Source: Saccostrea echinata
Taxonomy: Eukaryota
NCBI RefSeq assembly: GCF_033153115.1
Contig: NW_026889778.1
Span: 4,960,001 to 5,024,000 of the forward strand
Length of the DNA stretch: 64,000 nt
Reading direction: 5' to 3'
A program made the position numbers and the translations under genes. The notes below the pieces were generated by a model that worked only from the letters and a program-made list of their open reading frames with translations, ran no database searches and was not told where the DNA came from. This document shows, one piece after another, positions 37,842 through 51,300 of this stretch. The first letter of the stretch is position 1; every line of letters starts with the position of its first letter.

Positions 37842-39439
37842 GACAATATCCTAAAAATATGTCAGGGCAAAAACCAGATTCTTTATGAATAAGACTTTTT
37901 AATTAACTAGAGCCTCTTTTAAAACAAGCGTTGGATGAGTCACCGCACTGTTCATTAACTGTTTTGTGGTATATTTGTTACATTGTAACTTCTTTATATC
38001 TTTAAAACACTTGTCATTGTGATTAATGACAATTAAATATCCAATGCTTTTGTATTGTGTTTTCATCTAATGTATGCGCCCATTGAGGACTGTTTAAATC
38101 TCATTGCACTATTAATTTATTTAAACCATTTGCAGTTTAAATAGATATAAACTTGTTTTGAATTCAGTTGTCAAAAGCAGATACACAGATCATTGTTATT
38201 TCCAACTGAAGAGGTATAAAAAGCTTTGGATTTATCTACGTGCATCAGGTATGCAAAAATTTGCAAATTTTCTTCTCTGCTCCTGGGCATCTAGGAGACA
38301 AAAAGAGTATGTAAAGTTGAATGAGCAAGGTTGTTTTAACCAGATTTTGAAAATATTTACCCTTTGGTCAATTTGTTAATTTCTACTGAAAGAAGTTATT
38401 CCCTTTGCTTTTCATCTATAATAATAAATCACTGTAAATAATGTAACTTAAAAGGTCATTTGAACAACAGTCATACAAGGAATTTTATAATATTTAAAAC
38501 AAAACTACTTTCATAGTTTATAATGGTCAGTTAAACTTTTAAATAATAGATAAATGAAATTGGGACAGAAATACCACATCTTTGTAAGATAAATAATCTT
38601 CAAAGACTAAAAGAGGCGAATGTGAAGGATAATGAAATGTGTTAACTAAAAGTGCCTCAGAACTATTGTTTTGATTAGTCCACATTAGAGTAGTGACAAA
38701 AGGGGGAAAGTACAGGCAAAAAAATAGATCAACTTTTACATCTGTGTTTGAGTCCTAAATGAATACTTTCAAATTGATGATTTCTGATTATTCTATTTCT
38801 CTTGCTTTTGGGAAACATGGCATTCATCAACTTATTTTGTTTTAATCTATGGATCATTATATTATGCTCAGATGAATGTTAAAACCCTTTGGTTTTTTTG
38901 TTTTCTGTTGCATTCCTGACATAGTATAGCATTTTTATCAACAGCGGCCATGACCATACCTTGGTCAAACACAAGTTACTACAATCTAAAGTTAAAGCTA
39001 ATACATTGAATTTTATCAGGAAAGTCTTTACTATTGTTTCCAACTTAAAACATTACAATTTATTTCATAGATCCTCAAGAAATATTAAATTGTCAAAATA
39101 TCACAAAACTCCTGACATTTTAGCACCATTTATAGGCATAATATTTTTTGTGACTTAAGATATTAATGATATATTTGGCAGGTGTTTCGTCAATATCAAA
39201 AGACATTTGCTGAGCTACAGAAATTTATTCACATCGCCTGAATTCTTAGTGCGGATTGATAAATATGTGTTTTGTAGCTTTATATTTTTTTTTATTTTAT
39301 CACGTTTTATTTTATGTATTTTTTCTATTATTAATATTTTTTTGAATTCACCAACATTAAAAATTCCAAAAATCTTGGATCTGTTTTCTTTCTTAAATTT
39401 CCAACAACTTCGATTCTCGTCAAGTTTTTAAATAGCACA

Positions 39440-40440
39440 ACTTCTGAAACTCCGGACATATGGCTGACAATTCATCTGTTTTTTTAAATGAACATGGTAC
39501 CTACATTTAAAGAATTATTCCCTTATTGGTTATAGATGCCAATGCCTTAATTTTGTATATTGATAAAATCATTCACACCTTAACACCAGAACCCCATACC
39601 AAGGGATCATGAAACTCACAATTTTTTAAAAGGCACCCTTACTCATTATAAGCCTGTACTTAGTATATCTACTAAACATCAAGGAGCAGAGTATGTGATT
39701 TTCAAAGACTAAACGCATTATCACAATATATGCTATAAAGCCCTGCCTTAACATCAGAGCCACTGACCAAAGACCATAAAATTCACAATTTTGGATGATA
39801 CACCCTTCGCCATTATATGACTATATAACATTTAGTTTTTTGCTTTATATCCAGCAGTAGAAAAGAAGATTTTGAAGGAAAAAATACATTTCCACTATAT
39901 AATCAATAGAGTCCCCACCACCACCACTACCACCATCACCACCCCTGACCATTGGGTCACAGTTTAATAAGATTCACCCTTGCTTATAAATATGCACCTA
40001 GTTAATTTGCTTTTTATACAGTGGGAAAGAAGAGGATTTTTGAAGAATTCGAATGTTTTACTATATGATCAATGAAGCTCCAAACCTACTCTAGAACCCC
40101 TTATCCTGAGGTCATGAATATCACAATTTTGGTAGAGGCCTTACTTCAATAATGCCAATTGTTTGACTGCTTGATGTCCACGAATAAAGAAGATTTTTAA
40201 AGTTAGCACTAATTTGATGGTTTTAACTCCACTACCACCCAGGTCACATTTTCCAGGGACCATGAAACTCACAATTTTCGGACCCTAATCACCCATTGAT
40301 GGTGTATACCAAAATTAGTTGAACTGGTTTAAAAGAACAAGAGAAGAAGCTGAAAAAGTTTTTTTTTTTTTTTAAATATGGACGATGTCAGACGTAGAAA
40401 TAGCAATAATTCACCTGAGTGGCTCTGGTGACTTAATAAT
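39440..40440. mobile_element. Helentron/HINE-like non-autonomous element with about five diverged ~165-bp satellite units
   Basis: Anchor 'catgaa..tcacaatttt' at 39608, 39775, 40113 and 40261, degenerate at ~39953. A terminal hairpin 'tcacctgagtggctctggtga' is followed by an A-rich end. The motif resembles oyster ~166-bp satellites. Confidence 0.6.
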
Positions 40441-40869
40441 ATGCTAATTAATTTTTCAATCTGACTTGTTTCTTTGTGAATTTTCAAGCAATGTTTCAAT
40501 ATCTTTGACGATCAAAAATATATAATTGCGTTTAGCACCAGAGTCGAATAAAAATTTCTGAGTTCTATTACAAGGTAAGATTTATTTATTTGCCATGATT
40601 CACAAGTTGTCCATAAACGGCGATACGGTGAGGGAGGATCTACATGGATGTCAATAAGGAAATACGTATAGGGGATAGCTGCAAGAAAATCACTCAAGAG
40701 TTTTAATTATTTATTTCAATCAAAACCAGTAACGAATAAAAACTGGTATATGTATCCCTGCAGTATCCTCCTCTTCATTCCTGACATTCTTGACATTTTA
40801 TTTAAAAAAGAAAATTCCAGAACCTTTAGCGAGTGTCGACAAAAACGTGCCATTTTCGATAGACTTTGC

Positions 40870-41175
40870 AACTGCGTTCAAATCGCTTTCTAGGACTACT
40901 GCTTATGACAGAGTTAAGTTTAATGCTAATGTTCACCTGAATGCGCATTAAATATTTAATTCGAAGTAAAATAATGCGAATGGGGCTTAATTTTGTAATA
41001 ACTCATGCGTCAAAATTTAATTCGAATTAGCTTTGCTTTGCGTTCACACGGAGTTTATGCAAAGCAATCTGAAGCCCCGTACATTAATTCGAAATAAACG
41101 TATGTGAATGAAATTCTCTGCGCGAACGCGGTCAAATTTAATTCGCAAAAACGTATGTTTAATTCGAATGAACAT
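40870..41175. repeat. Probable Harbinger-type MITE remnant with repeated TTAATTCG(AA) motif
   Basis: TTAATTCG occurs at ~40957, 41017, 41084, 41138 and 41159, with 'gcgttcacac' / 'gaacgcggtc' type ends. Confidence 0.4.
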
Positions 41176-41828
41176 CTCTATGCGAGGAGGCATGAGGCAA
41201 CTTAATTTTAACAGGTTAAGATATTAACACACATCAAAGTTGTGTTCAAATTGTGAATTTTATCTTTCTTCTTTTAAACGTTCTTATGTTTCTGGGTCAA
41301 CTTGGCAGTCAGTGTTGAATAAAACCTTTGAAAAAGACTTTGTGGACAGTACGAATTTTCGTAATCAACAATCATCCAAACAAATTTCAGACTTCAGTGA
41401 ACAGATAGAATTTTGTTTTAAATTGTGTCTTTTTATTTTGCGCAGCGATCTCCATAGTTTCAGACATGGAACATCCTACTTCACTTAATAACCAGACCAT
41501 ACTTTTGCTAAATTGATCAAAATAGATTATCCTATCTAATTTTACTCCTGAGCCCATACGAAACAAGTTTGACTATTCTGTTTTTGCAATTTGCCATATA
41601 CGTATTGAAGGTTAAAAATTTCTCCCCCAGAAATAGATTCGGATGTGAAACAAGTTTGTATTGATACATAGATTGCTGTCAAGACCATATGCTTTTTTTA
41701 ACATTCTCTTGAAAGTTTACTGTTAACGTCATAACTTGATATTCAAACTGCTGGCTATAACCATGTTGTGGCTGGAATGATATATATTATGTAGCTTTAG
41801 TCTGTTAATATTCGATTAAAGTGAATTC

Positions 41829-42766
41829 TATGGTGTTTCGTTGGGGCCACTCGCATCTTCGAACTCTCGCCTTTAGGGCGAAGATGCGAGAGTGCGAAGT
41901 TGCGAAGGCGAAAGTGCGAAGTTGCGTAGGCGAAGGAGCGAAAGTGCAAAGATGCGACGGCGAAGCGCGAAGATGCGAATGCGAGGGTGCGAGGGTGCGA
42001 AGGCGGAGGAGCGATACTAACATCGCACTTTCGCCTTCGCAACTTTGCACTTTCGCCTTCGCATTTTACTTCTGTGGAGCTCTTCATCGTTATGAGTTAA
42101 TTTTAGTGGGCTCTTGAATGTTATTGGTACGCATGCGCTTGATTATTGTAACGGTGCCAAAAGTTAGAGTAAAATTAGACCGTCGTGCTTACTATCAATT
42201 AATTATTAAAAATTTATTAATATTTTACAGGGTTATCTGACATATCTTTTAACCTGTTAATCAGTGTACAACTAGCTTGAACATTATCATGATTATGTAA
42301 CTCTATTTTAAAACGTAATGCCAACTATATGTGTGTGCACTTCAAGATACCTGTCACTTTTCTTAAATAGCATACCTTAATTCAATACCGTGGTTTAAAT
42401 ACAATAACATTCGAATTTCATCATGCAAAATCCTTGTTGGAAGTATATTCGCAACATGCAGACGGAACAGTTCATCTTCTTCTGCAGACGTCATTTTTAT
42501 AAATAAAATTAGAGGACTCCACAAAAAAAGGCGAAGGCGAAGGTGCGAGGGGAAAAAGGCGAAGTTGCGAAGGAGCGATACTAGTATCGCTCCTTCGCCG
42601 TCGCAACTTCGCACTTTCGCCCTCGCACCTTCGAGCTTCGCCGTCGCATCTTCGCACTTTCGCTCCTTCGCAACTTCGCACTTTCGCCTTCGCAAATTCG
42701 AACTCTCGCATCTTCACCCTAAATGCGAGAGTGCGAAGGTGCGAGTGGCCTCAACGGAACACCATA
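41829..42766 (-). mobile_element. IS3EU-like non-autonomous DNA transposon with ~260-bp TIRs and 6-bp TSD GAATTC
   Basis: Ends are TATGGTG...CACCATA, flanked by GAATTC (41823-41828, 42767-42772). Arms are built from GCGAAG/TTCGCA repeats. The internal minus-strand relic reads 'MTSAEEDELFRLHV...EIRMLLYLNHGIELR'. Confidence 0.75.
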
Positions 42767-42965
42767 GAATTCACTACTGTATTGTACTTAAGATAAAACG
42801 ACAAAATAAAAAAAAAAACATTCTTTAGATAATGTTTCAGAAAATCGATACAAGAACCAAACAATATATTGTAATTTAAGATGTACCCTAAATTTGTGTT
42901 TTTATTTCTTTTAAAGTTATCCATTTCAAAATCTTGTCTTACTAGGGATCTAGACCTCCCTCACA

Positions 42966-44615
42966 ATGAACAAGCTAGGATTCGGCACCCACTGTAAAAT
43001 CCGACATTGTTTTGAATGTCTAGGTACCACAGAATTTTATTGCAAGATGTGTGAAAATGATCTGTGTGAACAGTGTAAAGAGAGACATATTTCTGATTTA
43101 GAAACCCTCAACCATGACGTTGTTATTTACCGTGAGAAATATAAATACATTCCAAGACGAGAGACCTGTGTTAAACATCCAAACATAATCTATAAATTGT
43201 ACTGTCAATCGTGTGAACTCCCTGTCTGTTTCCGATGTTCAAAACACAGAAAACACCAAACAGTTGATATAAGAGCAGAATATAAAACAAAGCGTCAGCA
43301 ACACAGAAAATTTATTCACATCAGAAGTGAGACTCTTTATAACAACTCTTTTCTCCTAGCGGGAATCTACGATAATCTAAAGGACTGTCACACAGAATTC
43401 TCCAACTTTCAATCAGAGATGTCAGCAAAAGCCCGGATACTTAAGAACCTTATAAACACTATGATATGTGATGTTTTACATTATATGACTCATAGATTAC
43501 CAAAACAGAAGAGAAATATGAACAGACTCCTTGTCAGTATAGAGAAATTTGAACACGGATTTGAAAAGTCCGCAAACAGACCTGTTAAATTCCTTTTATT
43601 TTTAACAAAAAACAAAGTACACGAGATAAACAAAACTCCCAAGCTTACACAACACGCCCAAATCTCGCTGACCGAGGAAAAAATCAGGCTGGATGATGTC
43701 AATAAGTTACTGATCGAAATCCAAGTCATAGAGACAGGAAAAAGACAAGTAAGAAATGAATGTCTGCTTAAATTAATGTCTTCACCCGTGTTACACAGGT
43801 CTGTCACAGTGACAGATGTACATGAAGTAAGACACATTTCCCCTCTGACATCAGACCTTGTCTGGATCAGTGAAGATTGCAACCTCATCTTAACAAATAT
43901 AGGAGGAGACACACTACATCGACTGAGAGATATATGGCCGAATAGTTATGGAGCACACACAGTGAACAAAACAGGTGATCTTATTTATATAGACAGGGAT
44001 TATAACATTAAGAAGCTATCGAAAGATAGCAAAACCAAGACCTCACTAATAGAGAAACCAGAATCATGGAGACCAGAAAGTGTCTACTTCTCACCCTCAA
44101 ATGGAGACTTACTAGTGGGGATGTGGAGTACGGATTCAGCCAAGGTTACACGGTATAGTGACACTGGACAACAAATAAAGACAATACAACTCAACAACAA
44201 AGGCCAGAAACTTTACACTATCCCTAGATACATAACGGAGAACCGTAATGGAGATGTTATTGTGTCTGACTTTTTAGATTTTGGTCGTGGTGCTGTAGTG
44301 GTGACAGAGCGTGGAGGGCAACATCGCTTTTCATATACAGGACCTCCTTCAGGAGTTGATATATGGCCACGTGGAGTCTGTACAGACGCGTTGTCACACA
44401 TCCTGGTGGGTGATTTGGTCACCGGTACAGTGCAGATGATTGACAAGGACGGGCAATTCTTGTGTCTTTTAGCTACAGAACAAGGGTCGGACACACCATG
44501 GGGACTGAGTTATGATGATAAAACCCACCTTCTCTGGGTTGAATCATACAACAACATAGTTTGTGTATATAGATATATAGAGAGGCAGGACTATCGAACA
44601 AGGAATTGTAATTAG
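42966..44615 (+). CDS. RING-less TRIM-like protein: two B-box zinc fingers, coiled coil, C-terminal NHL-like beta-propeller (549 aa)
   Basis: B-boxes 'CFEC...FYCKMCENDLCEQCKERH...H' and 'CVKHP...YCQSCELPVCFRCSKHRKH'. Propeller blades 'PRYITENRNGDVIVSD' and 'PRGVCTDALSHILVGD'. The ORF is uninterrupted, with an acceptor 'ttactag|' at 42944-42945 and an in-frame upstream TAG at 42951. Confidence 0.92.
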   Translation: MNKLGFGTHCKIRHCFECLGTTEFYCKMCENDLCEQCKERHISDLETLNHDVVIYREKYKYIPRRETCVKHPNIIYKLYCQSCELPVCFRCSKHRKHQTVDIRAEYKTKRQQHRKFIHIRSETLYNNSFLLAGIYDNLKDCHTEFSNFQSEMSAKARILKNLINTMICDVLHYMTHRLPKQKRNMNRLLVSIEKFEHGFEKSANRPVKFLLFLTKNKVHEINKTPKLTQHAQISLTEEKIRLDDVNKLLIEIQVIETGKRQVRNECLLKLMSSPVLHRSVTVTDVHEVRHISPLTSDLVWISEDCNLILTNIGGDTLHRLRDIWPNSYGAHTVNKTGDLIYIDRDYNIKKLSKDSKTKTSLIEKPESWRPESVYFSPSNGDLLVGMWSTDSAKVTRYSDTGQQIKTIQLNNKGQKLYTIPRYITENRNGDVIVSDFLDFGRGAVVVTERGGQHRFSYTGPPSGVDIWPRGVCTDALSHILVGDLVTGTVQMIDKDGQFLCLLATEQGSDTPWGLSYDDKTHLLWVESYNNIVCVYRYIERQDYRTRNCN

Positions 44616-45349
44616 AAAGATAGATACATGCATACATAAAGACACTGGACTGTCTAAAGGCTTACTTAAAATCAATTTTTTTTTGTAAGTTAGATAAATG
44701 GCCAAGTATACACAGACACAGAACAGACAAAGGTAAATATAATCAGATAATAAAGAAGATAAACAATGGAAAATACACCTTCAAAGTTATTGTTTACTAA
44801 TTGTATGGTTTTAAGTGAATATTAATTCATATATATGTATTTGTATCAGGTTGTATCTACTTAAGGTGAAATGTCACTCTGATAGGAAAGATAACATTCC
44901 AAGGAAATTATTCCAAGTAATCCAAAAAATTGTCTTACCAAAGTTTAATAATGACCATTATATAGCCAATTCAGTCAAAGCTGTAATATGTCACAAATTT
45001 TCATAATAAATTAATTTTTTTTCGCTTAAAAATATTTTGAAGAAGGATAACTCCTCTAGATGAAAAGGTAACTCTTTTAGATTTATGCATTTTTACTTTA
45101 CGAGCACAGAAAACAGTGATATTCCGATTTAAAAAGCAAGCTTCATTATGTTTTCTTAAATGAATTAAATATATATGACTGTAAATATTTTCATATATAC
45201 CTGATATTTCTAATTTTAAACTGAGATACACAATAATTGATCTTTCTATTCACTTTCATAAATTTTCTTCATGTCACGATTAGACATACTATTCATTTCT
45301 GATAAAGTAAGCAACGCTTCATACATCGAGCCATTTTTCATTTGAATGA

Positions 45350-46225
45350 AATATGGAGATAACAAACAGTATTCAATCTCAAGGTCCATTAAAAAATACA
45401 TTTTGGGAGCAAAGCAAACACGGACAATCAAAACATCAGAGGTGGGATCAGGTGTCATGAAAGAGTAAGCATCCCCTGCCGACCAGTCACACCCACCGTG
45501 TGCTTCTTGTTATGATCGGTAAGTAACAGAAAATCCGTCGACAATTCAGTGTCTAATGGCCTAACAATTATTATGAAAACGTCAGCTATTATATGACATA
45601 AATTGTATTTGCTAACAAGGTCATTGTATCAACCGTAGAACTTACGAAGTGATGACATTAAACGATACTGTTGATGATTTTGTTTCGTCAACTTGTTCGC
45701 CAATATCTTACCTTGTTACCTAGTTTTGGAAATTTTTCATATGTAGAGCATGCTCTTGCGCATCGAATCAAATGAGAGATATACACTCTATATGCAGATG
45801 ATAAGGGTACATATATATTGCTGCATATGTAAGGAAGTTGACGATTGAAAAGTTAAAATCATCACGTTTATCATAAAGCTTTGATGTTAGATTACCATTA
45901 ACGTTTTTTTTTCAGTAAAATATCTAAATATGAAACAGATGTGTCAGACTCCGTGGTATCTTTTATTTCAAGCTCACTCGGATATGTCGTGTGGACATAT
46001 AAATGGAAATAACTATTGCTAACCGATTATATACGATCAATATATCTAAATGTCGAGTTGAAGGCCACAGCAAGTGTTCTTCTCATGTATAAAATTTTGA
46101 ATAAATTCTGATTCATAGGAATACAAAAATAGTTCTGCTAACAACGGGGCGCAATTGGTACCCATGGGAAATTCCAACAGATTGTTGGAAGACCTGGTCT
46201 CCAAAAACCACATAGAATCTAATGC
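45350..46225 (-). mobile_element. Penelope-like element, RT 3' half plus 3' UTR
   Basis: Minus strand reads 'QVFQQSVGISHG..NCAPLLAELFLYSYESEFIQ', 'FNSTFRYID' and 'YPSELEIKDTTESDTSVSYLDI'. The 3' conserved segment is at 45420-45520. Confidence 0.88.
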
Positions 46226-48399
46226 TATTGTTGGTTATGAAAATCAGTGTCGGGAATTAATTGAAATATTGTTGAAATTTAGAGCAGAGGGATTTTTCAC
46301 CTTAAGTATGAAAGGGGATACCTGTATCAACTATTGTTATGCGACAGGCTAAGAATTATAAAATATTTATAAAGCTTAACACGTCGTTAGGATTCAGTGA
46401 CAAACAGATCAGCTATGCATTGGATATCGTTTTCTGTAAGATAAATTTCTTAATATAGGAAAGTCTGCAGATCTTTTTATGTTGATGAAGTTATATATAT
46501 TTAACCGTCATTCTAAAACCTACTTATACATTACTACTAACTATACATTAAAATGATAAATTTAAATGACGTCAACAGAGAAAAGTGTAAAATCATTTTC
46601 CAACTTTTTTTTCAAGATAAAAAGTATAATCGTTTCACGTACTTAGAAACCTTTTGAAATTCCGGGGGACTGTACCTTACTGTACGCGTTTATTATCCTA
46701 TTGATCTGTCCAGATTGTGTTAGATTGAAGTGACTTTTGAACATATATAATTAGTAAATTTTTTCTAGTTAAAAATATCTATTTAAGAAAAACAGTAACT
46801 AGTGATAATTATCAAAAATATAAAGCAATAACAGTCATAGAAATTGAAGCGCATTATTTTAACTCGATTAGTCTGTTAAAGCGGTTGAAACTAGTTGAGG
46901 ATAAACGGTTCTTAAATTTGCATCCCCCCCCCCCAACGCCACAAATATACATTATTTTATTATCAATATAAAATTTACAACTGAGACTATAATTTAATCT
47001 TTCGGAAAGAATGCTTCAATATCTATAGTTTCCACGATAATTTTTAATTAAAAAAATCGTTACGACAATTGCATTTAAAGCATAATGTAAGCCTGAACCC
47101 TTTCATGCTGCCTCTGGGACTATGTCTGTATTGCTGGGTACTTATACATGTACATGTAGTACATGTAGTCCTTAAATAGCTGGCATGCATTCTTTAAGCA
47201 TGGATTTTTGTTTTTAAATTTGAAGTATCAAAAATGCAACAATGTGCAAACAAAATTTTAAAATGCGTGTTAGCGCGTATCAAAAATTTACCTGCGCACG
47301 TTGCCGTTATGAGACTACATCCTTCAAAAAATAATAAACTAATGGTTCAATTTACAATTTAATGACATTCCTATTGTCCTCTGGGTAAGACACAATTAAT
47401 TGAAGACAGGACCTACCTGTCGGTGTAATGATGCTATGAATGCAGTACCTTTACACCATGTTTATAGTACCTTTCCACCACGTTTATAAGGAAAATCCAT
47501 ATGGAATGTAAATATATCCATATAAAACAGAATTATTCCCACACTTCAAAATGAGAAGAAAACTTTTGTTATTACCTACAGTTTGACATTAATTTTTCTT
47601 ACTGACAGTGTTATTCAATGTATGTGTTTCACTCTTCTTTTATTTTGATTTACTTATCTTTATCTTTACCATCAGTTTCACTTCTCGCTCTCTTTAAATT
47701 ATCGGGATAGTAATGATAAGAATGTCTCCAACGCTTTAAAATTTTAAATTCAAAATAAGAAAATTCAGACCAAAGATCAATTAAAATGTTGAAATTTGTA
47801 AACCTGTGAATGGATTGTATAAATAGTAGTACATGTAAATGTATGAAATATTAATATTGATATTGAAGATTTGTATGTTTTTATTTTTATGTATGATTGT
47901 AATTTGAATAGAGGGTTTCAAGGAAGAAAAGTGTTTACACTAACTTAGTCATTCTTTTTTAATAAAGTATACAGCTGTAAGTGAAAGTTTTTAATGAAGA
48001 TAGTCATATACACAAATATAATACAGAAAGTGAGGTGGTCATTGGAGTCACATCTATTCACTTTAGAACATTGAACAATTGTGTATATAGATATTTTGAA
48101 AGCATTTTACAAATACACAGAATATTCAACTGTTGTTATTGTTACTAGTAAATTGACATCAATGTATTTTTCAACACATTTGATTACATATGCGGAACTA
48201 TCGATTATTTATTATTATTATTATTATTACTACTGCAACTAAACTGATAATGGAATGTTTATATTTGATTTGAAACTTATACACAGCTTCCATGATTAAA
48301 TTCATTTGTATATAATTTTTTTTTTGTAAAAAAAAAGTCCTGCACCTTAATGTATTTTAAAATATTTACATTTGCAAATATTTTCTATGAATTTATTGA

Positions 48400-51300
48400 G
48401 GTGCAATTATGTATAATTCCGTATTACACGAAACACAACAAACCTTTGTTGATTTTGAATGATTTTGTTCTTGTAGCAAGTTAGCCTAAACGTTGTGTAG
48501 GACTGAGGCGATCTGACGCAGTTCTTGAAAATCGCATTAAATAAGGCTTCTAGGGCGGTATAAACATAAGAATGATACTCCTCGAAATATATATATAGCA
48601 CTCCAGTAGTTACAAACCTGCTACGATGCATAAAACTTCTCCACAAGTCTGACCTAAGCGAGACAGCACAGTCACTGTGGAAAAACATGTAGCTTCGAAA
48701 GTTATTTATATATGAAATACGAGGGGGAATCAACTTGGGGTTAATGGAGATAATTTGGTGTACATCTTGGGTGATATACTCAACAATCCCTTATCAACCG
48801 TACCAAAGGAAGTTCCCAATACAGTATGTGAAGCTTTCCCTATCCAAACATTAATTCAAAATCGGGCAAAGAGAATTGATTCGTCACTTGGCATTAGTAA
48901 AGACAATCTGACGAAAATTTCATTGTCGATATCACAAAGAGTCAAAAAGTCTCTACGTTTATTTACTATAAATTGCAGATCTGTGAAAAATAAGACCGTT
49001 TCAATTTCAGACTTCATCGTCTCGAATGATATTGATATATTGGCCATCACGGAGACTTGGCTTGGAACTGATACGGATCAAATAGTTTTAAATGAATTAA
49101 CCCCTGTAGGCTACAAAACTTATCATAAACCCAGAATTGACCGTAAGGGAGGGGGTGTAGCTATCATAGCAAGACAAAATTTAAAAATAGTTGAAGAAAA
49201 GAACCCTGGGACATTGTTCAGTTTGAACATATCGGATGCATCGTGTATTCACAGGATTATAAGTTTCGAACGTCTGTCGTGTATAGACCTCCTTCAGCCA
49301 GTCTGTCCTGTTTTATTGGGGAATTCTCTCAGTACTTAGCATCATTAGTCGTTACATCAGAAGAACTTCTTATCACAGGCAATTTCAACATCCATGTGGA
49401 TAACGTCAAAAATGCGGATACGCAGAACTTCCTTAACTCTCTTGATGAGTTTGGTTTAAAACAGCATGTTGATGAACCAACCCACAAAAGGGGGCATATA
49501 CTTGACCTGGTCATTACCAGAGAGTCGAACAACCTCCTGTTTTCTAAACCGGAGGTAAAAGATTCCTTATTATGTGATCTGAGAGGGAATGTGTCCGGTG
49601 ATCACAAGGGTATATGTACTGTTTTGAATGTTTCGAAACCGGAAAAACCAGAGAAATTAGTGAGTTCTAGGCAATTTCGTGAAGTTAATATAAAGGACCT
49701 GAGTTCCGACCTCGATGACACCCTTAGTTTTCTGAAATTAGATGACATTTCGCTTGACGACCATGTTACGAATTACGATTCCATTGTGCGCGATGTTGTC
49801 GACAAACACGCACCTCTCTTAAGTAAAGAAATTACGTTAAGACCGAACACAAAGTGGTACTCATCTGAACTGCGCAAAGCAAAACGTGAGAAAAGAAAAG
49901 TGAAAGGGTTTGGAGGCGCACTAAACTGACTGTGCATCATTTGATTTACAAAGAAAAGTGTTCATCGAACACGAAGCTACTCGTTGAAAGCAAGCGAGAC
50001 TACTATCTGTCCAAAATTAATTCTTGCGGTAAAGATCAAGGAACAATTTTCAAAATTACGAATTCACTACTTGGAGAATCAAATGCTCCTATTCTTCCCG
50101 ACTGTACATCTGATTTGGAATTAGCGAACAAGTTTGGATCATTTTTCAGTAACAAGATAAACAACATTCGAGATGAGTTGGTCAGTGAAAGCAGAGGCGA
50201 CACTAATTACATGGCTTTTGATAAACCATTTGAGGGCGAAGAGTTGGTCAATTTTGATCCTACAACTTGTGAGGAAGTTTTGAAAATTTTGTCAAACTCT
50301 GCACCAAAAACGTGCTGTTTAGATCCGTTACCAACCAATTTACTCAAAGAATGTGAAAGTTCAGTATTAGTGCCTCATATCACAGATATCATCAACAAAT
50401 CGATATCTGAGTGTTCTGTTCCATCGAGTTTCAAGGAGGCAGTTGTGAAACCATTGCTTAAAAAACAAGGTTTGGATAAAGAATGTTTCAAAAATTATCG
50501 ACCTGTCTCGAACTTGCCCTTCATATCAAAAGTTTTGGAAAAGGTCTTCGCCATTCGAATTGATCGTCATCTAGAACAAAACCGTCTTAACGATGACCTT
50601 CAGTCCGCTTACAGGAAATACCATTCCACTGAGACAGCCCTACTTCGTGTTCATCACGACATTGCTGCTGCGCTGGACAACAACAGTTGTGCAGTTCTAG
50701 TTATGTTGGATCTTTCTGCAGCCTTCGACGTCATTGACCATGGCATCTTGTACAAACGGCTTGCACACACTTTTGGTATAACAGAGAACGCTCTTTTGTT
50801 GATCAAGTCATACATGAGTCAAAGAACGCAACGCATATCAGTTGGTTCCGAAATTTCCGATCCATTACCTTTAAATATCGGTGTACCTCAAGGCTCAGTG
50901 TTGGCCCTAAAATATACTGTATTTTTTCCCGTCCGCTTACCGAGATTTGCTTGCGTCATGGTATGAGGTACCACGTATACGCCGATGATACGCAAGTTTA
51001 TCTAGTAGTAGAACCAACTGAGACCTGGCTGAATGTGTCTTCTCGGTTAGTATGCTGTCTGAATGAAATCAAGTCATGGATGTCTGGTAACATGCTGAAA
51101 TTAAACGAGGATAAAACTGATCTTATTGTATTTGCCCCTAAGAGTCGAATCAAAACCATGACCGAATTCAGCTTATCGTTTGGAGAAAAAATCATTCACA
51201 GTGTTCCGAATGTCAGAAATCTTGGTGCATTTTTCGATCGAATCCTATCTTTTGAAAAGCAATGTAATGCTGTTTCAAGGACATGCTACTCGCAGATTAG

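Noticed and set aside
41797-42828. Overlapping Arg/Ala/Cys-rich ORFs on both strands
   Set aside because: They arise from stop-poor GCGAAG repeats in the transposon arms.
43490-44494. Antisense ORFs (140 aa and 93 aa) inside the TRIM-like gene
   Set aside because: Shadow frames of a real CDS, with no motifs.
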